Positions 51,301 to 61,947 of a stretch of 64,000 bases of DNA are shown here, one piece after another; position 1 is the stretch's first letter; every line of letters starts with the position of its first letter. Position numbers and translations under genes: made by a program. This stretch comes from a virus. Taxonomy: Duplodnaviria > Caudoviricetes. Below the pieces are notes generated by a model that made no database searches, was not told the origin of the DNA, and saw only the letters and a program-made list of their open reading frames with translations. The stretch lies in the IMG/VR virus record IMGVR_UViG_3300029705_000021. The stretch is one strand, 5' to 3'.

Positions 51301-52605
51301 ATGGCAACTGTAAAAAAAATGAGTACGGATGTCAAAATGACTCCTGCTCAAATGAAAAAAGAAATAGAAAAATTAAAAGAAGAAAATGAAAAGCTTAGAA
51401 ATAGTTCTCGTTGTCTTATATGTGACACATTAAAAAAAAAGGACGATTTTTATGTTAGTACAGACCCAATGAATAAAGCAGGGCATACTCAAATATGTAA
51501 AACTTGTGCTCGTAAATTGGCATTGAGAACAGATAAAAATGGCAATGAACATGAATGTAATATGGATTCAATTTGTTTAAGCCTTAAATACATGAATAAA
51601 CCATTTTTAAATGATTTATGGGATTCTAGTATACAAGAATCAGAAAATTTAGTAGCAGGAAAAGTAAAACATAGTCCAGCAACCGCTTATTTTAAGAATG
51701 TCGCAATGGGACAATATAATGGTCTTACCTATTTTGACAGTGACATGTTCAAAGAAAAAGTTGTTTATGAAGATGAAAAAACACCTCAAATGATTGTCGA
51801 AGAACATGCAGGTCAAGATACTTATGATGATTTTATTAAGAATAAAAAAGATGTTATTAGATTATTAAGTTATGACCCATTTGAACAAGAAGCTGTAAGT
51901 GATCAACCATTTTTATATTCTCAGTTAATAGGATTACTTGATGCTGGTGGAGATGAGAATGATGATATGATGAGAAATGCTTCTTGTATTTCAATTGTAA
52001 GAAGTTTCTTGCAATCTTCTAAGATAGATAATGCCATAGCAAATCTTATGGCAGATATTAAAAATATAGATAAAAATTCTGCTACTATTAAATCACTTCA
52101 AGATAGCAAATCAAAAATTACAAGTACTATTACGAATTTGGCAGCAGAAAGTTGTATTTCATTGAAAAATAATAAAAATGCTAAGAAAGGTGAAAATACT
52201 TGGACTGGTAAAATTAAAAAGATTAAAGATTTAAATCTTAGAGATGGACAAGTTAATGGATTTGATATAGCAACTTGCAAGGGTATGCAACAAGTACAGG
52301 AAATCAGTGATGCTTCTATTATGAAGCAGTTGGCACTTGATGAATCAGATTGGTCAGATATGGTTGCAGAAATGAGAAAAGATAATCAAGCTTTAAGAAA
52401 AGAAAGAGATTCTTATAAAGAAATTAATAGAATTCTTTTACAAGAGAATTTAGATCTTAAGGATTATTTTGAAGATAATAATATAAATCCAGATATTGAA
52501 TATAGAAATTTAAAAGAATTGTACTCTATATTTGCGAGTGACGATGAAATAGAAACAACTGTTGAGGAGGTAGATGAAGATGAATCAGATACTACTTCCG
52601 TATAA
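51301..52605 (+). CDS. Zn-binding protein upstream of the terminase (candidate small-terminase-like)
   Basis: CLIC...CKTC; overlaps the start of the large terminase. Confidence 0.5.
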   Translation: MATVKKMSTDVKMTPAQMKKEIEKLKEENEKLRNSSRCLICDTLKKKDDFYVSTDPMNKAGHTQICKTCARKLALRTDKNGNEHECNMDSICLSLKYMNKPFLNDLWDSSIQESENLVAGKVKHSPATAYFKNVAMGQYNGLTYFDSDMFKEKVVYEDEKTPQMIVEEHAGQDTYDDFIKNKKDVIRLLSYDPFEQEAVSDQPFLYSQLIGLLDAGGDENDDMMRNASCISIVRSFLQSSKIDNAIANLMADIKNIDKNSATIKSLQDSKSKITSTITNLAAESCISLKNNKNAKKGENTWTGKIKKIKDLNLRDGQVNGFDIATCKGMQQVQEISDASIMKQLALDESDWSDMVAEMRKDNQALRKERDSYKEINRILLQENLDLKDYFEDNNINPDIEYRNLKELYSIFASDDEIETTVEEVDEDESDTTSV

Positions 52606-54896
52606 TAATTATCAATTAGATTATGATAAAGATTTCTATCAAGACTATGGTATTTTTGTAAAACCAATTAATTATCCATTATCCAGTAGAAAAATAGAAG
52701 CTTTATTGGAGATTGCAAATATGCAAAAGTATTTTCAATGTAACCCTGTTAAAATGATAGACATTATGTTCAACATAGAACTTCTTGATAGCCAAGCACT
52801 TGCAGTACAAAAAACATGGATTTGTCCTAATGCACTTTTGGTGTGTACTCGTGGTTGGGGTAAATCTACTGTTATTGATTTATCTCTCATGGCAAAAGGA
52901 ATGTGCTTCGCAAATTATTGGAGCTATATAGCAAGTGGTTCTGGTTCTCAGGCTGAACAAACTTTTACTACGTTAGAAAGACTTGCTAATGATAATATTG
53001 ATACATTTTCAGGGTCTACTGGAATTGTGTTCAAAAACGAAGTAGAAATTAAAAACGCTGCAGGTGATGGATTTAGTCATAGCAGTAATGGATTTAACTA
53101 TTCTTTATATAATGGTTCAATGACACAAACATTAAATTCAAATATAGACGCTAAAAGAGGTGAACGATTGCCTCACTAATTAGAAATAATTAGAGAAAAA
53201 TAAGTGCGAAAGAAAACTGGAAGACTGAAATGTTAATCAGAATGGAAGGCTAAATGCAAAAGTTTAGTCACATGCAGAGCATAGAGTTTGAAACTAATTA
53301 ATATTAGAATATAATAACTCCACGAGTTCGCACCATCTAAACGTAAAGTCGTAGATGAAAAGGTATGCCGAGCTTATAGGAATAAAACTATAAGAACTAT
53401 AAGATAAAAAACTTGTAGGATAACAATTGTATCGTGGTAGCGTAGTTTTTGATGAAAGTGGTTTCTTATCAGAAGAAATGATGAACGTATATAGTGCGTT
53501 TGCTGTAGTTAATAGAGATTTGAAAACTGGTAAAGATGCAAGTGGAAAATCAATTGATCCAATTAGACAAAGATGTTTCCCACCTGACATGCCATATCAG
53601 AAAATATATATCAGTTCTGCTTCTAGTACTGATACAAAATTCTTTGCATTATATAAAGATTTTGCAAAGAAACAAATTATGGGAGACCCAGATTATTGTG
53701 TTTTACATATTGATTGCGAGTTGGCATTTAAACCAACAATGCATGGAGAATTAATTACTCCTCTTCTCTCTCGTTCTACTGTTCAATCTGAAATGAGAAC
53801 AAATCCTGAAAAGGCAAGACGAGAATATTATTGTCAATTTACTACTGAAGCAGGTGAAAATGCAATTATTAAAAGAGGTGTTATTACTAGAAATGAAGAA
53901 ATTAGAAAACCACTTCTTTATAATGATACTGGTGATAAGAAATTTGTTATATGTTATGACCCAGCTAGAAGCCGAGACAATAGTGTTATTTTGGTTGGTG
54001 AAATATATGATCACGAAGAAGTTGATGGTTCTATTGATAAAAGAATGAGACTTGTAAACTGTATTAACTTGATTGACGTTGGTAAAAAGATTAAATCTCC
54101 TATGCAAACACCTGATCAGATTGAATATCTTAAAAAAGTTATTCTTGATTATAATGGTGGTGCTGATGCTTATGAAAACATTGTTGGAATATATATTGAT
54201 GCTGGTTCTGGTGGTGGAGGCGTTAACATTGCAGACTATTTAATGCAAGATTGGGTAGATAAAGCAGGAATTAAACATAGAGGTTTAATTGACAAAGAAT
54301 ATTCTGCTGAATATGTTAAAAAGTTTCCTAATGCAGTTGACAAAGTTAGGTTAATATCTCCTTCAGGCTATAAATCAGAAATGTACGAAGCAATGATAGA
54401 ATTAATGAATCAAGATAAAATTAGCTTTACAGCGCAATATGACAGAAAAGGTATCTTAACTGTATTTGATGTTGATGAAGAAAAGTTGGCAAAAGAGAAA
54501 GAAAAGATTATAAATAAATTAAAGAAACAGAAACTTTCTAATGAAGAGTTTAGTAATAAACTTGACGAAGAGTTAAAGCAAGTTCAATCTGTAAAAACTA
54601 AAACAATTAAACTTGATTGGCAAGATGAAATTGCTTTAGTTAATATGGACGCATTAAAAGAAGAGCTTGTCAATATGGTTCGTAAAAAGAGAGAATCTGG
54701 AAAAGACTCTTTCGAATTGACTGCAGAAAAAGCAAATAAAATGCATGATGATAGAGCTTATACTTGTTGTTTAGCTTCATATGCTCTTATGTGTGAAAGA
54801 AGAAAGAATATTACTTCTAGAAAGAGAAAACCTACAACAACCAACCTAGCAGATCTCTTACCAATCAAAACACCAAAGAGATCTTCTTACTTTTAA
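52574..54896 (+). CDS. terL: Terminase large subunit, two exons (52574-53161 and 53430-54896), ~684 aa
   Basis: Walker A TRGWGKS in exon 1; junction AKRG|YRGSVVFDESG (Walker B); nuclease motifs YDPARSRD, IDAG, HDDRAY. Confidence 0.9.
53162..53429 (+). mobile_element. Group I intron, 268 nt, no ORF
   Basis: P1 GAGGT/GCCTC with U-G at the 5' splice site, P10 ACGAT/ATCGT, P3 GTGCGAA/TTCGCAC, P7 GCATA/TATGC, terminal G; removal restores the frame. Confidence 0.92.
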
Positions 54897-55030
54897 ATTT
54901 TAAACTAAATAAAAATATATTTTCTCAATATAACATATATCATAAATAATATAGTTTGTCAAGATAAAATTTTAAAAAATAAATATAAATAAAAAATACT
55001 AAAAAAAAATAAATAAAGGGAGGTGTACCG

Positions 55031-56599
55031 ATGGGAAGACCAAAGGGCAGTAAAAATAAACCAAAGGTGACAGAAAGTGCACCTTCTACAACAGTAACAA
55101 TGGGAACAAATATACCTGCAACAAAAACTAAACGTACTGTTGCGGAAATGAAGGAATGGTATGAAAAGAATACTGAAAATACACAAGAAGCATTTAAGAA
55201 AATTAGGGATGTAACAAAAACTGGTCGCCAGACAACTTTAAATTCTTATAGTAAAGATAATGTAATTTCATATTTGCAAAACATTTCTTCTAATGAGAAC
55301 AACTTAAGAAATTTGTCTCGTTATTTGTTTTATAGATCACAGGTGTATTTTAGATTAGTTATGTATAATGCCACAATGTTTGATTTAAATGCACGTACTG
55401 TAATCCCACAATATGATCCAATAAAAACAAATAATCCAAATAAAATATTAAAATCATATTATGAAACTTTACAATGGTTAGATAGAATGAATTTACAACA
55501 CGAATTTTTATCAGTTTTAGTTAATAATTTTATAGAGGATGTTTTCTATGGTTGTTGTTGGATTGATGAAACTGGAATATTTATATTGCAGTTACCACCA
55601 GAGTATTGTAAAATTAACGGAAAATTTTTCACAGGAGATTTTCATTACGAAGTGGACATGTCATATTATAAGAAATATGAATATTTAATTGAATATTTAG
55701 GCGAACCTTTCTCTTCTATGTATTCGGCTTACGGTGGAGACAACGCAAAAAGATGGCAACCAATGCCAGATGAATACACCTTATGTACGAAGTATAGATT
55801 AGAATCTTGGGAAACAGTATGTCCACCTTATTCTGGCTTATTTCTTGATTTGATCGGACTTCTCAATTTATCTGATGTTCAGGCAGTTGCAGATGAACAG
55901 CAGATTTATAAGCTTATTACTGCTACTATTCCATTGTTAGATAATTCGGATGTGCCAGATGATTGGGCGGTAGATGTTAATACAGCATTAGAATATTATA
56001 GAAAGTTGGACGCTGCTTTGCCTCCATATATAGGTAGTATCATTACTCCTATTCCATTGGATACAATATCGTTTTCTGATGATCAAGCTACTGATACAAC
56101 TAAAGTTCAAAAAGCCACAAAAGAAGTTTTAAATACATCTGGTGGAGCACAGATTTTGAACTCTAGTACAATTTCAGGAGCAGAAGCTTTTAAAGCTGCT
56201 ACTCGTGCAGATACGGAATTAGCAATTTCTAGTTTGTTGGGACAAATTAGTGGTTGGACAAATCGTATGTTATCTTATTTAGTATCTGATCCTGCAAAAG
56301 TTAAGTTTTTCGAAGTATCTTCTTATACTAAAGATGCTTTCAAAGAATCTTTGCAAAAAGATTTGAATTATGGATTTGTTAGTGCTTTAGCAATTAATTC
56401 GTTAAACGGATTTAGTGAATTAGATACATTGGCATTGAACTATTTGGAAAGAGATGTTTTACAACTTCATGACAAGTTTGTTCCTTATAAAACAGCATCT
56501 ACACAATCTGGAGATGGTGAAGGTGGAGCACCAGAGAAATCTGACACGGAAATTTCGGATGAGGGTAGTGAAACAAAGGATCAGGAGAAAAATCAGTAA
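55031..56599 (+). CDS. Portal protein (SPbeta YonE-like)
   Basis: 522 aa directly after terL; LRNLSRYLFY.SQVYFRL; position in the head module. Confidence 0.75.
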   Translation: MGRPKGSKNKPKVTESAPSTTVTMGTNIPATKTKRTVAEMKEWYEKNTENTQEAFKKIRDVTKTGRQTTLNSYSKDNVISYLQNISSNENNLRNLSRYLFYRSQVYFRLVMYNATMFDLNARTVIPQYDPIKTNNPNKILKSYYETLQWLDRMNLQHEFLSVLVNNFIEDVFYGCCWIDETGIFILQLPPEYCKINGKFFTGDFHYEVDMSYYKKYEYLIEYLGEPFSSMYSAYGGDNAKRWQPMPDEYTLCTKYRLESWETVCPPYSGLFLDLIGLLNLSDVQAVADEQQIYKLITATIPLLDNSDVPDDWAVDVNTALEYYRKLDAALPPYIGSIITPIPLDTISFSDDQATDTTKVQKATKEVLNTSGGAQILNSSTISGAEAFKAATRADTELAISSLLGQISGWTNRMLSYLVSDPAKVKFFEVSSYTKDAFKESLQKDLNYGFVSALAINSLNGFSELDTLALNYLERDVLQLHDKFVPYKTASTQSGDGEGGAPEKSDTEISDEGSETKDQEKNQ

Positions 56600-56613
56600 A
56601 GGAAGAAAAGGAT

Positions 56614-56808
56614 ATGAAGAATAGAAATGATAATACTAAAGCTATGTTTATCAAAACTCAAGATTTAGATACGTCTGAAAGTTTAAAACAAGCTGGCTTT
56701 GAATTAGTTGATTATACAAATGAAACATGGACGTTTGTAAATAATCCGAAGTGTCCATTAACATTTGATAATAATAAAGTAGCATATTCAAATATGCTAT
56801 TCTTTTAA
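56614..56808 (+). CDS. Small hypothetical protein
   Basis: 64-aa ORF followed by hairpin AAGACTC/GAGTCTT and a T-run. Confidence 0.6.
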   Translation: MKNRNDNTKAMFIKTQDLDTSESLKQAGFELVDYTNETWTFVNNPKCPLTFDNNKVAYSNMLFF

Positions 56809-56884
56809 GACTCCTTTTGAGAGTCTTTTTCTATGTTTAAAAAATAGACTAATAAGATTTAAAGAAAGGAGGAAACGTTGGAAA

Positions 56885-58711
56885 ATGGCAAATAAAACAA
56901 TGAAAAAAATTCTAACTATTGAAGATTTAGTACAATTTTGTCAAACACAAAATTTTCATAAATTTAGTTCTGCTGAAACAGGATATCAGTTATCTGTACA
57001 AGTTCCAGCAATAGCTACATATAAAAAGAAAGAAGAAACTGAAGATAATACTCTTCTATTTTGTAAGGTTAAATTGTTTCATATTGGACGTAATAGAAAT
57101 GGGTCAAGTGTAACAAAAGAAGCTGCAGAAAAAGCTTTATCAACTATTGCTTATAAACCTTTGCTTGCAAACTTCTGTGAAATTGATGGTGTAAAAGACT
57201 TTACAAGTCATGATATGAATATTTTAGAAGATGGATCTATTGAGTATATTGAAAGACAGATTGGTACTTTTACAGCAGATAAGCCTTATATAGAATACGA
57301 TGAAGAAAATGACAAAGATTTTATCTATGCTTATGTTGCTATTCCTCGTGAATATAGCGATGCTAGTGAGATCATAGAGCGCAAAGAAGGAACTAAAGTT
57401 TCGGTTGAGCTTATAATCAATGCTATGTCGTACAATGCAAGTGAACGTGTGCTTGAATTAGAAGATATTATTGTTCAAGGAGCGACTTGCTTGGGATTGA
57501 ATCCAGAAACTGGGGAAGAAGTTGGTGAAGGCATGAAAGGTGCTAGACTGGATATAGTAGATTTTAGTGTTGAAAATAATTCTGTGCATTTTGATGCTAA
57601 TGAAGAATTATTAAATGAAATTAAGAAGTTGAATGAGAATTTATCTCATATCAATATAAATTCAAAACTTGAAGAAGGGAGGAACGAAACGGTGAACAAA
57701 TTTGAAGAATTACTTGAAAAATACGGTAAGACTGTAGAAGATATTACATTTGAATATGAGAATCTTTCTGATGAAGAACTTGAAGCAAAATTTGCTGAAG
57801 AGTTTGAAGAAGAGAACACCGATGGAGAAGGTGAAGCAGATCCAGAGCCTACTTCTGAAGGTGATGAAGGAGAAAATAATTCTGACGACAATGACGACAA
57901 TGATAATGATGAAGATGGAGAAGTAGTTGTTGAAGATAATAGTGGTGAAGAAAACACAGAAGATAACAATGAATCTGATACAAATTCAGAACCAGAATCA
58001 GAATCAGAACCAGAAATTGAACCTGAAACAGAGCCTGTTGTTGTAACTGAGTCTGTAAAACCTGAAAAGTATTCAATTGCTTTATCTGACGGTACAGTTA
58101 AAGAATTTGCTTTAACTCTTGATGAAATTAACAATGCTTTATATATGTTAGTAAATCAGACATATGGTGAAACAGATGATGCATGGTATAGTGTACAAGT
58201 TTATGAAGATGGTTCTCTCATTATGATTGATTGGTGGAATAATAAGGCATTTAGACAGTCTTATAAGAGAGATGAAGAAAACTTCTCACTTGTTGGAGAC
58301 AGAGTTGAAGTTAATCAAGTATGGGTTACAGCTGAGGAAGAAGCAGCTCTTAATGAGATGAAGTCTAACTATGCGTCTTTAGTACAGTTCAAAGAAGATA
58401 CAGAAAATGCACAAATTCATACACAGAGAGAAGAAATTCTTTATAATGAAAAGTATTCTGTTCTTGCTGAAAAGGATGAAAATAATGAATACAAAAATGA
58501 AGCTTATGCAAAATTAGTATCTGAAATGGATAATTACTCTCTCGTTGATTTAGAGAAAGAATTGAAATCTGTATTTGCAGATTATATTACAAATGGCGGT
58601 CAGTTTGCTTATGTTGGCGAACCAGAAGCTAAACCTGTAGTAAATAAGAAGTTATTTGCTACTCCTACTAGTGAAAAACCTAGTAGATATGGTAACTTAT
58701 TTAATAAATAA
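56885..58711 (+). CDS. Prohead protease/scaffold protein (YonD-like)
   Basis: HIGRNRNGS, VSVEL, GATCLG...EGMKGA protease-like N-terminal domain, acidic linker, coiled-coil C-terminus. Confidence 0.7.
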   Translation: MANKTMKKILTIEDLVQFCQTQNFHKFSSAETGYQLSVQVPAIATYKKKEETEDNTLLFCKVKLFHIGRNRNGSSVTKEAAEKALSTIAYKPLLANFCEIDGVKDFTSHDMNILEDGSIEYIERQIGTFTADKPYIEYDEENDKDFIYAYVAIPREYSDASEIIERKEGTKVSVELIINAMSYNASERVLELEDIIVQGATCLGLNPETGEEVGEGMKGARLDIVDFSVENNSVHFDANEELLNEIKKLNENLSHININSKLEEGRNETVNKFEELLEKYGKTVEDITFEYENLSDEELEAKFAEEFEEENTDGEGEADPEPTSEGDEGENNSDDNDDNDNDEDGEVVVEDNSGEENTEDNNESDTNSEPESESEPEIEPETEPVVVTESVKPEKYSIALSDGTVKEFALTLDEINNALYMLVNQTYGETDDAWYSVQVYEDGSLIMIDWWNNKAFRQSYKRDEENFSLVGDRVEVNQVWVTAEEEAALNEMKSNYASLVQFKEDTENAQIHTQREEILYNEKYSVLAEKDENNEYKNEAYAKLVSEMDNYSLVDLEKELKSVFADYITNGGQFAYVGEPEAKPVVNKKLFATPTSEKPSRYGNLFNK

Positions 58712-58794
58712 GAAACTAAATAAAAAAATATAAACACATTTTAAACAAATGGACTATATAAATAGTCTTGAAACATTTTAAGGAGGAAAAAGAA

Positions 58795-59262
58795 ATGGCA
58801 ATTAAATTTGAAATTGAAAAACATGCTTATTGTTTCCCTACTAAAGTTTTAGCAGGAAATGGTGGCGCACATATCTTAAACATTGAATTAACAGCAGACG
58901 CAGATAATGGTTCTATCGTTGGTGTTGGGGAATATAAGTCTTTTGACAACTACGTTGAAGCAGAAGCACCAGCAGAATATTCTGCAAAAATCGTTGACAA
59001 AGCAGCAGATGGAAACTTCTATGTAGAAGTAGTAGAACCAGCTAATGCAGTTCTTGTATGTGAAGTAGTTAATAATCCTTACACAAATTATGACTCTAGA
59101 TTTAAGTCAGATAAGAACTTCTATAATGCAGCTGGCGATGTAGTACGTGGATACTGTCTTGTTAAACATGACGTTTATGAATTAAGCGCAGAAGGTTTTG
59201 AAGGTACACCTGAAGTTGGTAAGACAGTAACAATCACAGGAAGAAAGCACGTAGTTGCGTAA
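58795..59262 (+). CDS. Head decoration/capsid-associated protein (YonC-like)
   Basis: DNGSIVGVG...FYNAAGDVVRGY.L...DVYELS.EGF; between scaffold and capsid genes. Confidence 0.6.
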   Translation: MAIKFEIEKHAYCFPTKVLAGNGGAHILNIELTADADNGSIVGVGEYKSFDNYVEAEAPAEYSAKIVDKAADGNFYVEVVEPANAVLVCEVVNNPYTNYDSRFKSDKNFYNAAGDVVRGYCLVKHDVYELSAEGFEGTPEVGKTVTITGRKHVVA

Positions 59263-59285
59263 TATAAGGAAGGAGGAACAATACA

Positions 59286-60395
59286 ATGGGAAAAATGCAT
59301 TTTAATAGTAGAGTAATCGGTGTTTTCTCAGAAATGGGAACATCTTATGATGAAGTTAAAAATCTTATGTTTGACCTTTATAAAGGTGAATTAAGCGAAG
59401 GTATTACAAAAGCTGAAGCTGAAAATAAAATTAGAGAGGTTTCTTTAAAAATCTTTGGATTAACAAAAGATTCTTCTAAGAGAGACCGTAAGAGAGCATA
59501 TGAAGAATATGGTCGTCAGTTCTTTGATGTAATCGAAGAAATTACTGACTTTACAGTATCTACAGGATTAAAAGAAAATGAATGGTTTACTACACTTGTA
59601 AACTATAAGAATCTTGCAGATGGTGATGAAAACTTATTCTACAACGAACATGAAGAAGTAATTCTTTCTGTTGCAAGAATGGGTAAGAGACACCATGATA
59701 CAATGTTACAGAGATTACCAGAAGGTTCAACATATTCTGTTGAAACAGACCTTTATGGTGCTGCTGTAGGTGCTGATATTGATAGATATTTAATTGGACA
59801 GGAAGATTGGACAAAGCTTATTGATGCTATCACAAAAGCATTTGTTGTTATGACACAGGATTTGATCTTTACAGAAATTCTTGCAGCTCCAGCAAAGCTT
59901 CCAGTTCAGACAGGTTTTGTTGAAACAGGTGCTTTATCTGATGCAACAAGAAAGAAATTCAACAAGGTTCTTCAGAACGTATCTGTAGCAAATGATAATG
60001 CAGATGTAGTTATTATGGGTACTATGGTAGGTCTTCAGGAACTTGAAAATCTTATTAATGTAGATTGGATTTCTGATGGTCAGAAAGCTGACAAGGCATC
60101 AATGGGTAGACTTGGTAACTATGGTCGTTACCAGCTTGTTGAAATCCCACAGAGATTTGCAAAGAACGATGTAACTAGAGATGTATATGATGATAATACT
60201 CTTTGGATCTTTGCTTCTGGAGATAACAAGCTTGTTGATATGATTGACGTAGGTGAAACTCTTATTGATGAAATCACAGATCGTGGAGAAGCTAATGGTA
60301 GAATTGATGATATCATGAAATATGAAGTTCAGAGAGAACTTGGTGTAGCTACTCGTCTTGGAAAATTCTTCGGTAAGTGGACAATTACTGCGTAA
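59286..60395 (+). CDS. Major capsid protein (YonB-like)
   Basis: 369 aa, strong SD AGGAGG, high-expression codon bias, position in the head module. Confidence 0.75.
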   Translation: MGKMHFNSRVIGVFSEMGTSYDEVKNLMFDLYKGELSEGITKAEAENKIREVSLKIFGLTKDSSKRDRKRAYEEYGRQFFDVIEEITDFTVSTGLKENEWFTTLVNYKNLADGDENLFYNEHEEVILSVARMGKRHHDTMLQRLPEGSTYSVETDLYGAAVGADIDRYLIGQEDWTKLIDAITKAFVVMTQDLIFTEILAAPAKLPVQTGFVETGALSDATRKKFNKVLQNVSVANDNADVVIMGTMVGLQELENLINVDWISDGQKADKASMGRLGNYGRYQLVEIPQRFAKNDVTRDVYDDNTLWIFASGDNKLVDMIDVGETLIDEITDRGEANGRIDDIMKYEVQRELGVATRLGKFFGKWTITA

Positions 60396-60474
60396 TTAAA
60401 CTAATTAATATTACATATAGTAAATTAAAGGAGAGTGCTAATGCGCTCTCCTGTTGATTAAAAGGAGAAAAGAT

Positions 60475-61155
60475 ATGGCAACAACTACAAAAAAAACAAC
60501 TACAAAAAAAACTACAGTAAAAGCAAATGAAGATGTTAAAAATACTGCTGTTATAGAAAAAGAAGTGGAAACTACAACAAAAGTTGTAGAAGAAGCTGTA
60601 AAAGAAACTGTCGCAGAAGTCGTAAAGGAAGTTATGAAAGAAGTTGTAAAAGAAAAAATCGAAGAAGAAAAACCAGTAATTGTAGAAGCAAAGAAAACAT
60701 TTACTGATTCAGATTATGTTTTATGTCGTTCTGTATGTTCAGGCGGTCTAAATATTGTTTCACAGTCTGGAAATTTATACGAATTTAAAGATTATGGTTC
60801 AGAATGCGAAATTAATTATAGAGACTTGGTAACTTTAATCAGAAGGGGTTCTGATCATGTTTTCTTACCTAGATTTGTCATTTTAGATGAAGATTTCTTA
60901 GAAGATTTTCCAACTATTCAGAAAGTGTATGGAGAAATGTATACAAAGGATGATTTAGTAGAGATTCTTGACCTTCCAATTGCTAGAATGAAGATTGAAA
61001 TTGAGAAATTACCAGAATCTACTAAGAATAGTATGCGTAATTTAATTGCAACACAGATTGCAAACGGACGACTTGATAGTATTGCAAAAGTTAGAGCATT
61101 AACAGAGATTTTTAATTCTGATTTTAATTTACTTAGTGATTTGTTTGTTAAATAG
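60475..61155 (+). CDS. Virion-associated protein (YonA-like)
   Basis: T/K/E-rich N-terminus, follows the capsid gene. Confidence 0.5.
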   Translation: MATTTKKTTTKKTTVKANEDVKNTAVIEKEVETTTKVVEEAVKETVAEVVKEVMKEVVKEKIEEEKPVIVEAKKTFTDSDYVLCRSVCSGGLNIVSQSGNLYEFKDYGSECEINYRDLVTLIRRGSDHVFLPRFVILDEDFLEDFPTIQKVYGEMYTKDDLVEILDLPIARMKIEIEKLPESTKNSMRNLIATQIANGRLDSIAKVRALTEIFNSDFNLLSDLFVK

Positions 61156-61170
61156 TTCGGAGGTGTTTAA

Positions 61171-61617
61171 ATGACCTACGAAGAAATATTTTCACAGTTT
61201 TATCTCAAAGAAATTGACCCAAGCTTATTTAAGCTATCTAAAGAAGATGCTTATGAAAAGATGAAAGGGTGGTTACAGATGGTAGCTGCTGATCCTCGTG
61301 TTCGTAAGTGTTTTTCTACATTAACTCTTAATGATGATATAGAAGAATTAGATTTTGCATTAAATCATTCTGTAGATGAAGATTCTGATAAATATTTTGT
61401 AAAAGAAGTATTTGCACAAGGTATGGTAATTTGTTGGATGCGTCCACAAATAGAAAGAAATATCAACTTAGCAGTTGTTATTGGTGGTAAGGAAGAAAAG
61501 TCAATGTTAAATAATTATAAACCTAATATTGCTAGACTTGAAACTCTTGAAAAGAATTTAAAGAAGTTTATTAGAGATTATGGTTATTTAAATAATGATT
61601 ATATAGGTGAATCGTAA
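61171..61617 (+). CDS. Putative head-tail adaptor
   Basis: MTYEEIFSQFY start; position. Confidence 0.5.
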   Translation: MTYEEIFSQFYLKEIDPSLFKLSKEDAYEKMKGWLQMVAADPRVRKCFSTLTLNDDIEELDFALNHSVDEDSDKYFVKEVFAQGMVICWMRPQIERNINLAVVIGGKEEKSMLNNYKPNIARLETLEKNLKKFIRDYGYLNNDYIGES

Positions 61618-61946
61618 TGAAACACTTATATGGAGAATTTACTAAAGAACAAATTGTGCAAACTAAAAAATCATTAAGAAGTTCTATTTTCTTTTTATTA
61701 CTTTGTGTAGATAGAAAAACTGCATCGGAGTATGAAGATATAGATGTAAATAAAAGTTTTAATGGACTGTTATTAAGAATTGGTGGATTAAATGAGTTAC
61801 TTATGAATCAGCCAGAATTGGTAACAGTTTTAAGTTTACTTCAGGCTGCAAAGATTGAATATAACAATCCTGAATTTAATTTTCATACTTATAGGAAACT
61901 AATTTTAGATGCAGGAGCTGAGGTAGATAAATTAGAGGAGGTGTAA
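61617..61946 (+). CDS. Hypothetical virion-module protein
   Basis: 109-aa ORF coupled to the upstream gene. Confidence 0.6.
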   Translation: MKHLYGEFTKEQIVQTKKSLRSSIFFLLLCVDRKTASEYEDIDVNKSFNGLLLRIGGLNELLMNQPELVTVLSLLQAAKIEYNNPEFNFHTYRKLILDAGAEVDKLEEV

Positions 61947-61947
61947 T

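Noticed and set aside
53162-53429. Terminase pseudogene or frameshift
   Set aside because: The gap is fully explained by a group I intron
57646-58134. Ser-rich minus-strand ORF and other antisense ORFs in the track
   Set aside because: Shadow frames of acidic low-complexity or real genes on the opposite strand
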